From the NCBI RefSeq assembly GCF_000023205.1, contig NC_012803.1, positions 2,400,001 to 2,432,000 of the forward strand: 32,000 nt of DNA. The letters run 5' to 3'. This document shows positions 22,863 to 31,166 of this stretch, piece after piece. Every line of letters starts with the position of its first letter. Positions within the stretch are counted from its first letter, which is position 1. The translations under genes were made by a program, and so were the position numbers. Under the pieces are notes generated by a model. The model made no database searches and had not been told where the DNA came from. It saw only the letters and a program-made list of their open reading frames with translations. The DNA comes from Micrococcus luteus NCTC 2665. GTDB taxonomy: Bacteria; Actinomycetota; Actinomycetes; Actinomycetales; Micrococcaceae.

Positions 22863-24665
22863 ATGACCTCCGGCCCTCCCTCCCCCGCCCTGCCCGCAGG
22901 ACCCGCCGCCCATCTGCGCGGCGAGCACCTGACCGTCAGCCTCGGCGGGCACCGCGTGCTCACGGACGCCACGGTGCGGATCAACGCCGGCTCGCGGCTC
23001 GGGATCGTGGGCGAGAACGGCCGCGGCAAGACCACCCTGCTGCACGTGCTCACGGGCCGGATCACGCCCGACGTCGGCCGCGTGACGCGGGCGGGCACGC
23101 TCGCGTTCGTGCCGCAGGCGCTGCGCGCCCGGGACGGCGGCATGTCCCGGACGGTCGGGGACCTGGTCCGCGAGGCCCTGGCGGGCCCGCACGCCGCACT
23201 CGAGGCCCTCGACGCCGCCGCGGCCGCCCTGGCCGAGGCCCCCGACGACGCCGGCGCCGCGCACCGGTACGCCGAGGCCCTCGAACGCGTGGCCCTGTTC
23301 GACGCCTGGGACGCCGGCCGGCGCGTGGACATGGACCTCGAGGGGCTGCACGCGTGCACGGACCGCGAGCGCCCCCTCACATCGCTCTCGGTGGGTCAGC
23401 GCCACCGGGTGCGCCTGGCCGTCACTCTCGGCTCCCGGCCGGACCTGCTGCTGCTGGACGAGCCGACCAACCACCTGGACGACGTCGCCCTGGACTTCCT
23501 CACCCGCCGGCTGGTGGAGCACCCGGGCGGGGTCGCCGTCGTCAGCCACGACCGCGCCCTGCTGCGCGCCGTGTGCACCGACATCGTGGACCTGGATCCC
23601 AGCCAGGACGGGCGGCCGCGCCGCTACTCCGGCGGCTACGCCGGCTGGGCGAAGGGCCGCCGGCGGGCGCGCGCCGCGTGGGAGCAGGAGTACGCGGAGC
23701 AGACGGCCGAGCGGGAGCGGCTGGAGCTGGCCGTGGAGGACGCGCGGGAGCAGCTGCAGGGCTCGTGGCGGCCCCCGAAGGGCACCGGCAAGCACCAGCG
23801 CTCGAGCCGGTCGGCGGGGATCGTGCAGATGTTCAACCGGCGCTTCGACGAGCTGGAGGCGCACCGGATCACCGTGCCCGAGCCGCCCCTGCGCCTGGAC
23901 TGGCCGTTCGCGGACATGCCCGACGGCGACCCGCGGGACGGCGCGGACGCGGCGGCGGGCACGGCGGGCGGGCCGGGCACGGCGGGCGGGCCGGGCACGG
24001 CGGGCGGGCCGGGCACGGCGGGCGGGCCGGGCACGGCGGGCGACGACGTCCTGCTCACCGCGGACGCCGTGCGCGTGGCCGGGCGGCTCGAGCAGCCGAT
24101 GGGCGCGGCCCTCGTGCCGGGCGGCCGCGTGCTGGTGACGGGCCCGAACGGGGCCGGGAAGTCCACGCTGCTGCGCGTGCTCGCCGGTGATCTGGCGCCC
24201 ACGAGCGGTTCGGTGACCGTGGGGAAGGACGTGCGGGTGCGCCTCGTGGCGCAGGAGACCCCCGCGTGGGACGAGGAGCGCACCGCCGCCGCCGTGTTCG
24301 AGGAGCACGTGCGCCGCGTCGGCGCGGACGAGGCCGGCGTCGACGACCTGGGCCGTCCCCTGCCGGCCCCCACGCTGCCCTCGCTCGGGCTGCTCACCGC
24401 CGAGGCCGCGGACACCCCGGTCGGACGCCTGTCCCAGGGGCAGCAGGCCCGTCTGCACCTGGCGATGGTGCTCATCGAGCGCCCCCACGTGCTGCTGCTG
24501 GACGAGCCGACGAACCACCTCTCCCCCGCGCTCGTGGACGAGATGACCGAGGCCCTGCAGGTCACGGAGCAGGCCGTCGTCGTGGTGACCCACGACCGGC
24601 AGATGCTCGCCGACCTCGCCGACTGGCCGCGCGTCGAGCTGCGGACCGACGCCGCGGCGGTGTGA
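22863..24665 (+). CDS. ABC-F family ATPase (two fused ABC domains, no membrane domain)
   Basis: In-frame ATG at 22863 within track ORF 22536..24665. Walker [10 protein letters not shown] and GPNGAGKST. Walker [13 protein letters not shown] appears twice. Signature-like LSVGQRHR and LSQGQQAR. Charged coiled linker between the domains. Confidence 0.9.
   Translation: MTSGPPSPALPAGPAAHLRGEHLTVSLGGHRVLTDATVRINAGSRLGIVGENGRGKTTLLHVLTGRITPDVGRVTRAGTLAFVPQALRARDGGMSRTVGDLVREALAGPHAALEALDAAAAALAEAPDDAGAAHRYAEALERVALFDAWDAGRRVDMDLEGLHACTDRERPLTSLSVGQRHRVRLAVTLGSRPDLLLLDEPTNHLDDVALDFLTRRLVEHPGGVAVVSHDRALLRAVCTDIVDLDPSQDGRPRRYSGGYAGWAKGRRRARAAWEQEYAEQTAERERLELAVEDAREQLQGSWRPPKGTGKHQRSSRSAGIVQMFNRRFDELEAHRITVPEPPLRLDWPFADMPDGDPRDGADAAAGTAGGPGTAGGPGTAGGPGTAGGPGTAGDDVLLTADAVRVAGRLEQPMGAALVPGGRVLVTGPNGAGKSTLLRVLAGDLAPTSGSVTVGKDVRVRLVAQETPAWDEERTAAAVFEEHVRRVGADEAGVDDLGRPLPAPTLPSLGLLTAEAADTPVGRLSQGQQARLHLAMVLIERPHVLLLDEPTNHLSPALVDEMTEALQVTEQAVVVVTHDRQMLADLADWPRVELRTDAAAV
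23957..24042 (+). repeat. Perfect in-frame 18-bp tandem repeat x about 4.8 (GGGCACGGCGGGCGGGCC) encoding (GTAGGP)n inside the ABC-F gene
   Basis: Units at 23957-74, 23975-92, 23993-24010 and 24011-28 are identical, plus a partial unit at 24029-42. The protein reads [33 protein letters not shown]. Confidence 0.95.
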
Positions 24666-24710
24666 GGCGGGCGGGGCCCCTGGCCACAGGCCCGGCCCGG
24701 CGGTCCGCCC

Positions 24711-25160
24711 TCAGAGGTGCGCCCGGCACAGCCGCCGCAGCGCCACGCGGGCCGGCAGTCGGTAGGCCAGGGCGACGACGGCGGGCCCGTGGACCGTCAG
24801 CCCCGCCCGGGTGCCGCGGGGGGTGGCGGTGAGGTCGTGCGTCATGGAGACCGCCGTCCCGGCCACCCGCACCGTCCACCGCCAGGTGCGGGCGGCGTCG
24901 TCGACCTCCTCGACCACGAACGGGACGCGCAGCCCCAGGGGCGCGTGGACCACGCCGCGAAGCCCGGCCCGCAGCCGGCGCCGTGGCGCCTCCACGGCGC
25001 GGATCTGCGGAGCCCACCGCGGCCACAGGCGCAGGTCGGCGTAGCGGGCCCAGGCCACGTCCACGGCGGCGGGCCCGGTCGTCGTCACGCGGCGGAACTG
25101 TCGGGGGCGGCGCGCGCGCCTCGCGCCGGCGGGGGTGCGGGTCCAGGGGGTCCGGATCAT
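24711..25160 (-). CDS. SRPBCC family protein
   Basis: Track ORF 24711..25160. AAVDVAWARYADLRLWPRWAPQIRAVE is a typical SRPBCC/cyclase-dehydrase N-terminal pattern. Confidence 0.7.
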   Translation of the reverse strand: MIRTPWTRTPAGARRARRPRQFRRVTTTGPAAVDVAWARYADLRLWPRWAPQIRAVEAPRRRLRAGLRGVVHAPLGLRVPFVVEEVDDAARTWRWTVRVAGTAVSMTHDLTATPRGTRAGLTVHGPAVVALAYRLPARVALRRLCRAHL

Positions 25161-25264
25161 GGTGCCGAGCGTAGGGTCCGGACCGCCGGCCGGGACACGC
25201 CCGCCGGCCCGAGCGGCTCGGCCAGTGCACCGGGGGCGGCGTCGCGCTCCGGCAGGATGGGCGC

Positions 25265-25996
25265 ATGACCCTCCCCACCCCCGCCGAGCCCCGGGCGACG
25301 ACGGCGCGGCTCGCCTTCGCCGTCGCCGCGGCGCTGTCCCTGGGCGGCAACCTGCTCTCCCTGTGGATCGGCTCGTGGAAGCCCTCGGACCTGCCGGCCG
25401 ACGCGGGCTACGCGGGCGTGCTCGAGGGCGGCTGGGAGCACATGCTCAACCAGCCGACGTACTTCACGTTCCTCTCCAACTTCCTGGTGGGGGTGACGTC
25501 CCTGCTGCTGGCGCTGCGCCTGCACCGGCCGGGCACGCTGTTCCGGGTGCTGCGGGTGACGGGGGTGGTGTGCATCGTGATCACGGGCGTGGTGTTCAAC
25601 GTGCTGCTGCGGGACGCCGACCCGATGACCGCCGTCGAGCGGTTCAACGACACCCTGCAGCACATCGTCACGCCGATCCTCACCCCGGTGCTGTGGGCGG
25701 TCTTCGGGCCGCGGCGGCAGATCACGTGGCGGGTGGTGTGGTTGTCCACGCTCATCCCGCTCGCCTGGCTGGCGTTCACGCTGCTGCGCGGGCCGTGGCT
25801 GGACTGGTACCCGTACACGATCCTGGACGTCCCGCGGCTGGGCTACGACGGCGTCGCCGTCTACGTGGTGGCGATCCTCGTGTTCTCCGTGGCGGTCGCC
25901 GCCCTGCTGCGGGTGGCCGACGGCCTGCTGGCGCGGGCCGGCGTCGGGGTGGGGGCGGGCGCGGGAGTACGGGACGGCAGAGGAACCCGCCCCTGA
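25265..25996 (+). CDS. Pr6Pr family integral membrane protein (FAR-17a/AIG1-like)
   Basis: Track ORF 25265..25996. Six hydrophobic segments. PTYFTFLSNFLVG and LQHIVTPIL motifs. Confidence 0.7.
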   Translation: MTLPTPAEPRATTARLAFAVAAALSLGGNLLSLWIGSWKPSDLPADAGYAGVLEGGWEHMLNQPTYFTFLSNFLVGVTSLLLALRLHRPGTLFRVLRVTGVVCIVITGVVFNVLLRDADPMTAVERFNDTLQHIVTPILTPVLWAVFGPRRQITWRVVWLSTLIPLAWLAFTLLRGPWLDWYPYTILDVPRLGYDGVAVYVVAILVFSVAVAALLRVADGLLARAGVGVGAGAGVRDGRGTRP

Positions 25997-26045
25997 GCCG
26001 TGTGCGGGCCGGGGCGGGGCGCGGCCCGGGACGTCGGGGCGCGGC

Positions 26046-26879
26046 TCAGGCCGTCGTCGTCGCCCGTCCCACCTGCACCGCCCACGCGCGGACGAGCGCC
26101 TCGGCGACCTCCGGCTGGTCCAGGTGCACGTTGTGGCCGGCGGCGTCGAGCGCCGCGTAGGTGGCGCGCGGGTAATGCTCCAGGAGCGCGGCCTGGTCCC
26201 GGTAGCCCACGAGGTGGTCCTCCCGGCCGGTGAGGATCAGGGCGGGCCCCTCGAACGGCGGCGCGGCCTCCTCCGGCACGGCGTCCAGGACGTAGCGCGC
26301 GGACAGGCGCTTCAGCGCCTCCTCGTCCACGGCGCGGACGCCCGGCAGCGCGTGCTCGCGGAACCGCTCCCACGTGTCCCGCGTCAGCCGCGGGGACATC
26401 TCGAGGAACGGGGCGGCGTCGTCGGGGTCGAGGGTAGACATGAAGGCGTCGTCGCGCTCGCGCACCACCAGGTCGGTGCGGGTGCGCCGGTCCTCGTCCG
26501 GGTCGACGACGGGCGCGAGCAGCCCCAGCCCCAACACCTGCGCGCCGAACTCGGCCGCCACGTGCCGGGCGAGCAGGCCGCCGAGGGAGTTGCCGAGCAC
26601 CGCGAACGGCCGCTCGCCGACCTCCGCGCGGATCCAGTCCACGAGCCAGGCGGCGAGCTCGGGGAGGCCGCCGTCGTCCTGGAGGGCCGAGGTCCGGCCG
26701 AAGCCCGGCAGGTCCACGTAGATCCGCTCGACCTCCCCGGCCTCGGCGAGGGCGTCGTCGAGCGGCAGCAGCAGCCGGTGGTCCACGCTGGTGCCGTGCA
26801 CCGCGATCAGCGGGACGCCGGAGCCGCGGCGGACGACGTGGGGGTTCTCGGGGGTGTGCTCGGATGTGTGCTCGGTCAT
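26046..26879 (-). CDS. Alpha/beta hydrolase
   Basis: Track ORF 26046..26879. Nucleophile elbow GNSLGG, HG oxyanion region IAVHGTS, C-terminal AGHNVHLDQP (catalytic His). Confidence 0.88.
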   Translation of the reverse strand: MTEHTSEHTPENPHVVRRGSGVPLIAVHGTSVDHRLLLPLDDALAEAGEVERIYVDLPGFGRTSALQDDGGLPELAAWLVDWIRAEVGERPFAVLGNSLGGLLARHVAAEFGAQVLGLGLLAPVVDPDEDRRTRTDLVVRERDDAFMSTLDPDDAAPFLEMSPRLTRDTWERFREHALPGVRAVDEEALKRLSARYVLDAVPEEAAPPFEGPALILTGREDHLVGYRDQAALLEHYPRATYAALDAAGHNVHLDQPEVAEALVRAWAVQVGRATTTA

Positions 26880-26952
26880 GGGTCCGAGCGTAGGGCTGAG
26901 CGCGCGGTGCCGCCCTCTCCTCGCCGCCCTCTCCCCGCTGCCCCCTCCCCAC

Positions 26953-27025
26953 CGCTTTGCGGGCCGAATGCGACGCTCCCGTGCCCGATTCAGGGGCTCA
27001 TCCGTCGGATTCGGCCCACAAAGTG
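26953..27025. repeat. Palindromic element family 2, copy B (73 bp), imperfect variant with conserved interior GATTCAGGGG
   Basis: C(G)CTTTGCGGGCCGAATGCGACGCTCCCGTGCCCGATTCAGGGGCTCATCCGTCGGATTCGGCCCACAAAGTG. The termini match copies A and C. It ends 28 nt before the stop (27054) of the adjacent minus-strand gene and is preceded on the left by a C-rich tract (about 26908-26950). Confidence 0.85.
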
Positions 27026-27053
27026 CTCGGCCGGGCCGCCCGGTGCCGGCCGG

Positions 27054-27581
27054 TCACCAGAGCAGCTGGTCCCCGCGGATCTGCGCCTGGAGTCCGTCGA
27101 TACGCCCGAGCACGGAGACCTGCAGCAGGGCCGGCCAGGCGTGCACCACGAGCCCCAGGGCCACCGCGACCACGCCCCAGACCGGATGCCCGACGGCCGC
27201 CAGCGCCACGCCCGCCACCGCGTGCAGACCCGCGGAGGCGGCGTGGCTGACGAGGGAGCCCACGGCGGCGGTGCGGATGCGCCGCAGGTCGGCCCGGCCG
27301 GTGATGCGGCGGCTGATGGCCGCGTTCCAGCCGGCGGCGCCCAGCTGCCGGGAGAGCCAGTCGGTGCGGACCCGGCGGGCGAGATCGCGCCAGCGCGTGT
27401 CCCGCCGCCACGGCCGGTCCACGAGCTGCCGCGAGGGCTCCCCGTAGAACGGGCCGAACCCGAAGGTCCCCACCGTGAGCACGCCGACGAACAGCCCCGG
27501 CGCCGTCGGCGCCATCAGCACGAAGGCGGACATCAGGGCGGCGACGGTGAGGGCCAGACCGGCGAGCGAGCGGGGAGTCAT
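27054..27581 (-). CDS. Hypothetical integral membrane protein (175 aa)
   Basis: C-terminal part of track ORF 27054..28034, from the ATG at 27581 (MTPRSLAGLALTVAALMSAFVLMAP...). About four hydrophobic segments with an Arg-rich loop. High GC3. No family recognised with confidence. Confidence 0.6.
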   Translation of the reverse strand: MTPRSLAGLALTVAALMSAFVLMAPTAPGLFVGVLTVGTFGFGPFYGEPSRQLVDRPWRRDTRWRDLARRVRTDWLSRQLGAAGWNAAISRRITGRADLRRIRTAAVGSLVSHAASAGLHAVAGVALAAVGHPVWGVVAVALGLVVHAWPALLQVSVLGRIDGLQAQIRGDQLLW

Positions 27582-27592
27582 CACCGCGGACG

Positions 27593-28183
27593 CTAGCGCA
27601 CCGGGCCCGCACCCCGGGCGATCCCCTCGAGCCGCCGCACGTGCGCGGCCCACCGCTCGGCGTCCCAGCCGGGCAGGTTGTCCCCGGGGCCGCGCAGGCC
27701 GGCCTGCCCGTCGATCCCCTCGCGCAGGATGTCGGCGTGGCCGGCATGGCGGGCCGCGTCGAGGGCCACGTGGGAGAGGATCTGCGCCAGAGTCACCTCG
27801 GCCAGGTGCGCGGGCCACCAGGGGACCCGCCCCCGCGCGTCGAGGACGAGGGCCTCGATGGTCGCGTCCGCGTGCGCGAAGCATCGCCGCGCGTAGTCGA
27901 GGACGTCCTCGAGGGTCTCGTCCTCGGCGGCGAACAGGTCCGCGCCGTCCTCCTCGCCCACCCCCGGCGCGTCCCAGGGCAGGGGGATGCCGGCGGGGCG
28001 GCCGAAGACCTCGCCGAAGTACTCGAGCTCGCACGTGGCCGCGTGCTTGAGCAGGCCCAGCAGGTTGGTGCCGGTGGGGGTGCGGGGCAGGCGGACCTCC
28101 CGCTCGGGCAGGCCGTCCAGCTTCGCGAAGAGGGCGTCGCGCTGCCGGCGCAGCCCCTGATGGAGGATCTCCTTGTGGTCCAT
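27593..28183 (-). CDS. DinB family protein (DUF664-type four-helix bundle)
   Basis: C-terminal part of track ORF 27593..28855, from the ATG at 28183 (MDHKEILHQGLRRQRDALFAKLDGL...). LLGLLKHAATCELEYF and HVALDAARHAGHADILRE are the His-containing DinB/DUF664 motifs. Confidence 0.82.
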   Translation of the reverse strand: MDHKEILHQGLRRQRDALFAKLDGLPEREVRLPRTPTGTNLLGLLKHAATCELEYFGEVFGRPAGIPLPWDAPGVGEEDGADLFAAEDETLEDVLDYARRCFAHADATIEALVLDARGRVPWWPAHLAEVTLAQILSHVALDAARHAGHADILREGIDGQAGLRGPGDNLPGWDAERWAAHVRRLEGIARGAGPVR

Positions 28184-28281
28184 GGGGTGAGCCTGCCGGG
28201 ATTCAGGCCGCGCGGACAGCCCTGGCCCGTGGCCCGACGTCGTCGCGGACGTCCGGCGCCCCGGGCCGCCGTCGTCGGTCC

Positions 28282-29825
28282 TCAGCCCTCCCGGCGCGGG
28301 ACCACGGTGATGGCCCGGGTGTCCGGGGCAGTGTCCGCGACGTGGTCCATGGCCTCGTCCACGTCCCCGGTGCGCTCGTAGGCGGCGTGGATCTGTTCCC
28401 ACAGGTGGGCGTTGCGGACGCCGATGGCGGCCGGGTCCAGGACGGGGTCCTGGCCGGCGCGGCGCTGGCGGTCGTAGTCCTTGAGCAGGCGGATGGCCAC
28501 GGGGCTCAGGAGCACGAGCGCGAGGATGTTCACCCACGTGTACAGGCCCACACCGAAGTCCGCAAGGGACCACACGAACGCGGAGGTCTGCACGGAGCCG
28601 ATGACCATGGAGGCGGCCAGCAGCAGGCGGGCGGCCGCGATGCAGATGCGCTGCACCGGCTTGCTCGGGATCAGGTACGCCAGGTTCGTCTCCGCGTAGA
28701 ACGCGAAGGACAGCAGCGTGGTGAAGGAGAACAGGAACACCGCCACGGCCACGAAGGACGGACCGAAGGACGGCAGGACGGCGTCGATGCCGATCTGCAC
28801 CCAGGCCGGGCCCTCCTCGACGCCGGGCAGATGCTCCACGATCGGGGGCCCTCACCCGTGCCGAGCACGTTGAAGCTGTTGGTGGACAGGATCACCAGGC
28901 CGGTCATGGTGCAGACGAACAGGGTGTCCACGTAGGCGGAGAACGCCTGGGCCAGACCCTGCTTCACGGGGTGGGAGACGTGGGCGGCGGCGGACGCCTG
29001 GGCGCCCGATCCGGTGCCGATCTCGGTGGAGTACACGGCCCGGCGCACGCCCCAGGAGATGGCGGCGCCGAGCATGCCGGCGTAGACGGAGTCGGCGGCG
29101 AAGGCGCTGGTGAAGATCAGGGAGAACATGGCCGGGACCTCCTGCCACATCACCGCGACGACGACGAGCCCGACCGCGATGTACGCGGCGGCCATGAACG
29201 GCACCACCAGGCCCACGGTGCGGGCGAGGCGGTGCATGCCGCCGAACACGATGAGGCAGAACAGCGCCGCCATGCCCAGGCCGACCCAGAGCGGGTCCCA
29301 GCCCCAGGCCGCGGTGGTGGCGGCGGTGACGGCGTTGGCCTGGATCTGCGGGCCGGTGACCACGGTGGCGAACACGGTGGCCCCGGCGTAGGCCATGGCC
29401 AGCCACCGCCAGTGCCGGCCGAGCCCCTCGAGGATGTAGTAGGCCGGGCCGCCGCGGTACTGGCCGCGGACCTTGTGCTTGTACAGCTGCGCGAGGGAGC
29501 TCTCCGCGAGCGCCACGGGGGCGCCGAGGATCGCCGTCACCCACATCCAGAACAGGGCGCCGGGGCCGCCGAGGTAGATGGCCGCGGCGACGCCGGCGAT
29601 GTTGCCCACGCCGATGCGGCCGCCCAGGGCCATGGCGAACGCCTGGAAGGAGCTGATGCCCGCCGACGAGGACCCGCCGCCCACCAGCTGCCCCACCATG
29701 TCCTTGATGAGGCGCACCTGCGGCGCCGCCATCCGGATGGTGAAGTACAGGCCGAGGGCCAGCAGTCCGAAGACCATGGGGAGGCTCCACAAGATCCCGT
29801 TCGCGGCGGTGATGAACTGCTCCAT
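28282..29825 (-). pseudogene. Alanine/glycine:cation symporter (AGCS) family transporter, split by a 1-nt deletion in a homopolymer run (or an assembly error)
   Basis: Track ORFs 28671..29867 (real from the ATG at 29825: MEQFITAANGILWSLPMVF...GGPGALFWMWVTAILG...NSFNVLGTGEGP) and 28282..28839 (..VEHLPGVEEGPAWVQIGIDAVLPSFGPSFVAV...) are consecutive parts of one AGCS protein in different frames. The junction is the G5 run at 28844-28848 (C5 on the coding strand). A sixth base restores GTGEGPPIVEHLPG. Confidence 0.8.
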
Positions 29826-29903
29826 GGGTTCCCCCCGGGTCGACAGACGATCCGTGCATCCCATCACACGCCCGCCCGGGGCGGGAGGTCTCAGGCGTCG
29901 CGG

Positions 29904-29935
29904 AGCCCCCGCCTCGCCCCCGCCTCGTCCGGCTC
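29904..29935. repeat. 32-bp direct repeat copy 1 (AGCCCCCGCCTCGCCCCCGCCTCGTCCGGCTC); second copy at 31069-31101
   Basis: Identical to 31069-31101 except for one extra C in the second copy. It lies immediately left of family-2 element copy C. Confidence 0.85.
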
Positions 29936-29938
29936 CTT

Positions 29939-30010
29939 CACTTTGTGGGCCGAAAGCGACCGTCCCGCGTCTGATTCAGGGGTGTATGCGCCGGATTCGG
30001 CCCCAAAGTG
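29939..30010. repeat. Palindromic element family 2, copy C (72 bp), same variant type as copy B
   Basis: CACTTTGTGGGCCGAAAGCGACCGTCCCGCGTCTGATTCAGGGGTGTATGCGCCGGATTCGGCCCCAAAGTG. It ends 14 nt before the stop (30025) of the minus-strand MerR gene. Confidence 0.88.
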
Positions 30011-30024
30011 CAGGGGCCCGCCCC

Positions 30025-30879
30025 TCACTCATCGAGCTTCCGCACCGTGACGGCGATATCCACGTGGCCGGCCGCCGGGTCGACGAGGACCTGGCGCAGC
30101 TCCCCTTCAGCGCCGCCGTCGAACGCGTCGAGGAGGTCCAGCATGGCGGGGTGCGGGAGCGGACCGCCGGGGGCGTCCTCGAGCAGGTCGGGCTGGTCCG
30201 CGTCCGCGAGGACCTCGACGTACCGCTCGACGCGGCGCGGCAGGAGGCCCGTGACGGTGCGGTGGCCGGGCACCTGGAACGACGATGGCAGTGCTCCTTC
30301 CACGGGTAGGGCCAGGACCAGCTCCACGGCGTTCCCCCCGCCCCGACCGGGGCGCATGGCGGTCCACGGCGGGCCGGACGGCCGCATTCCCGCCTCACCG
30401 ACGGCGCGGCCGAGCGCCGCGAACTGCTCGTCCGCCTCGCCGTTCGCCGTGTCCGCGTCCAGGTTCGGTCCGACCTCGATCTCGGTGGCCACGCCGACCC
30501 AGGCGGTTGCCGGCGCCTCGCGCTCTCGGCCGGCCGGGACGGCGTCGGGATCGGCGGCGAGCTGCGCGTCCGCGAGCGCGAGCGCGCGGTCCTCTAGGTC
30601 GCGACGACGGCGCAGCGTCTCGACGCTCTCGGCGAGAAGGGCCGGGAGCCGATCGGGTGCGTCGAGGGCTGCGCGGACGTCCTCGACGGTGAGCCCGGCG
30701 GTGCGCAGCACGCGGATCTGTGCGGCGGGGCGGACCTGGGCGGGCGCGTAGCGGCGGTAGCCGGAGTGCGGGTCGACGTCGACGGGGGCCAGCAGGCCGC
30801 GGTCGTCGTAGAAGCGCAGCGCCTTCACGGACAGGCCTGTGGCGAGCGCGAACTCGCCGATGCTCATCAGGGTGGTCAT
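30025..30879 (-). CDS. MerR family transcriptional regulator with a C-terminal GyrI-like effector-binding domain
   Basis: Track ORF 30025..30942, trimmed to the ATG at 30879 (MTTLMSIGEFALATGLSVKALRFYDDRGLLAPV...YRRY), preceded by GAGGAT. MerR HTH plus coiled-coil, then an effector-domain-length C-terminus. Confidence 0.85.
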   Translation of the reverse strand: MTTLMSIGEFALATGLSVKALRFYDDRGLLAPVDVDPHSGYRRYAPAQVRPAAQIRVLRTAGLTVEDVRAALDAPDRLPALLAESVETLRRRRDLEDRALALADAQLAADPDAVPAGREREAPATAWVGVATEIEVGPNLDADTANGEADEQFAALGRAVGEAGMRPSGPPWTAMRPGRGGGNAVELVLALPVEGALPSSFQVPGHRTVTGLLPRRVERYVEVLADADQPDLLEDAPGGPLPHPAMLDLLDAFDGGAEGELRQVLVDPAAGHVDIAVTVRKLDE

Positions 30880-31068
30880 GGGGTGATCCTCTCGTGCGGG
30901 CGCCGGGCGCCGGGGCCGACCCGCGGCGTGCTCCGGGGCCATGACCCCAGCGTGGGCGCTCCTCTAGGGGGAGACTCAAGCCCGTCCGCATGAGCCGCCA
31001 CCCTCACCCCCGGGCCGCGGCATGCTCGGCACCGCACTCCCCCGCCTCACCCCCGGCCCACAAACCGC

Positions 31069-31101
31069 AGCCCCCCGCCTCGCCCCCGCCTCGTCCGGCT
31101 C
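31069..31101. repeat. 32-bp direct repeat copy 2 (with one extra C), preceded at 31054-31064 by CGGCCCACAAA, an 11-nt match to the family-2 element right terminus
   Basis: AGCCCCCCGCCTCGCCCCCGCCTCGTCCGGCTC. CGGCCCACAAA is identical to the terminal core of copies A and B (..TTCGGCCCACAAAGTG). Confidence 0.8.
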
Positions 31102-31166
31102 ACGTGTGTGACCTCGCGTGTCCTGCCGGGCGCGCGGCACCCCGCTCACCCTGTGTGATAGCCCGC

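Noticed and set aside
13181-30010. Repeated palindromes as a CRISPR array
   Set aside because: Copies are hundreds to thousands of bp apart and separated by ordinary genes. There are no regularly spaced short spacers and no cas genes.
29826-30024. Glycine riboswitch upstream of the AGCS (alanine/glycine symporter) gene
   Set aside because: Reading the leader on the minus strand, I could not find the conserved glycine-aptamer cores (GGAGAG ... CACCG / ACCGAAGGGGCAA-like). The region is instead occupied by family-2 element C and the C-rich 32-mer.
30880-31166. MerR operator, or a promoter with a 19-bp spacer, in the MerR/YeeE divergent region (for example around CTCCTCTAGGGGGAGACTCAAG)
   Set aside because: I could not find a clean dyad or convincing -35/-10 hexamers with 19-20 bp spacing. 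Any call would be guesswork without TSS data.
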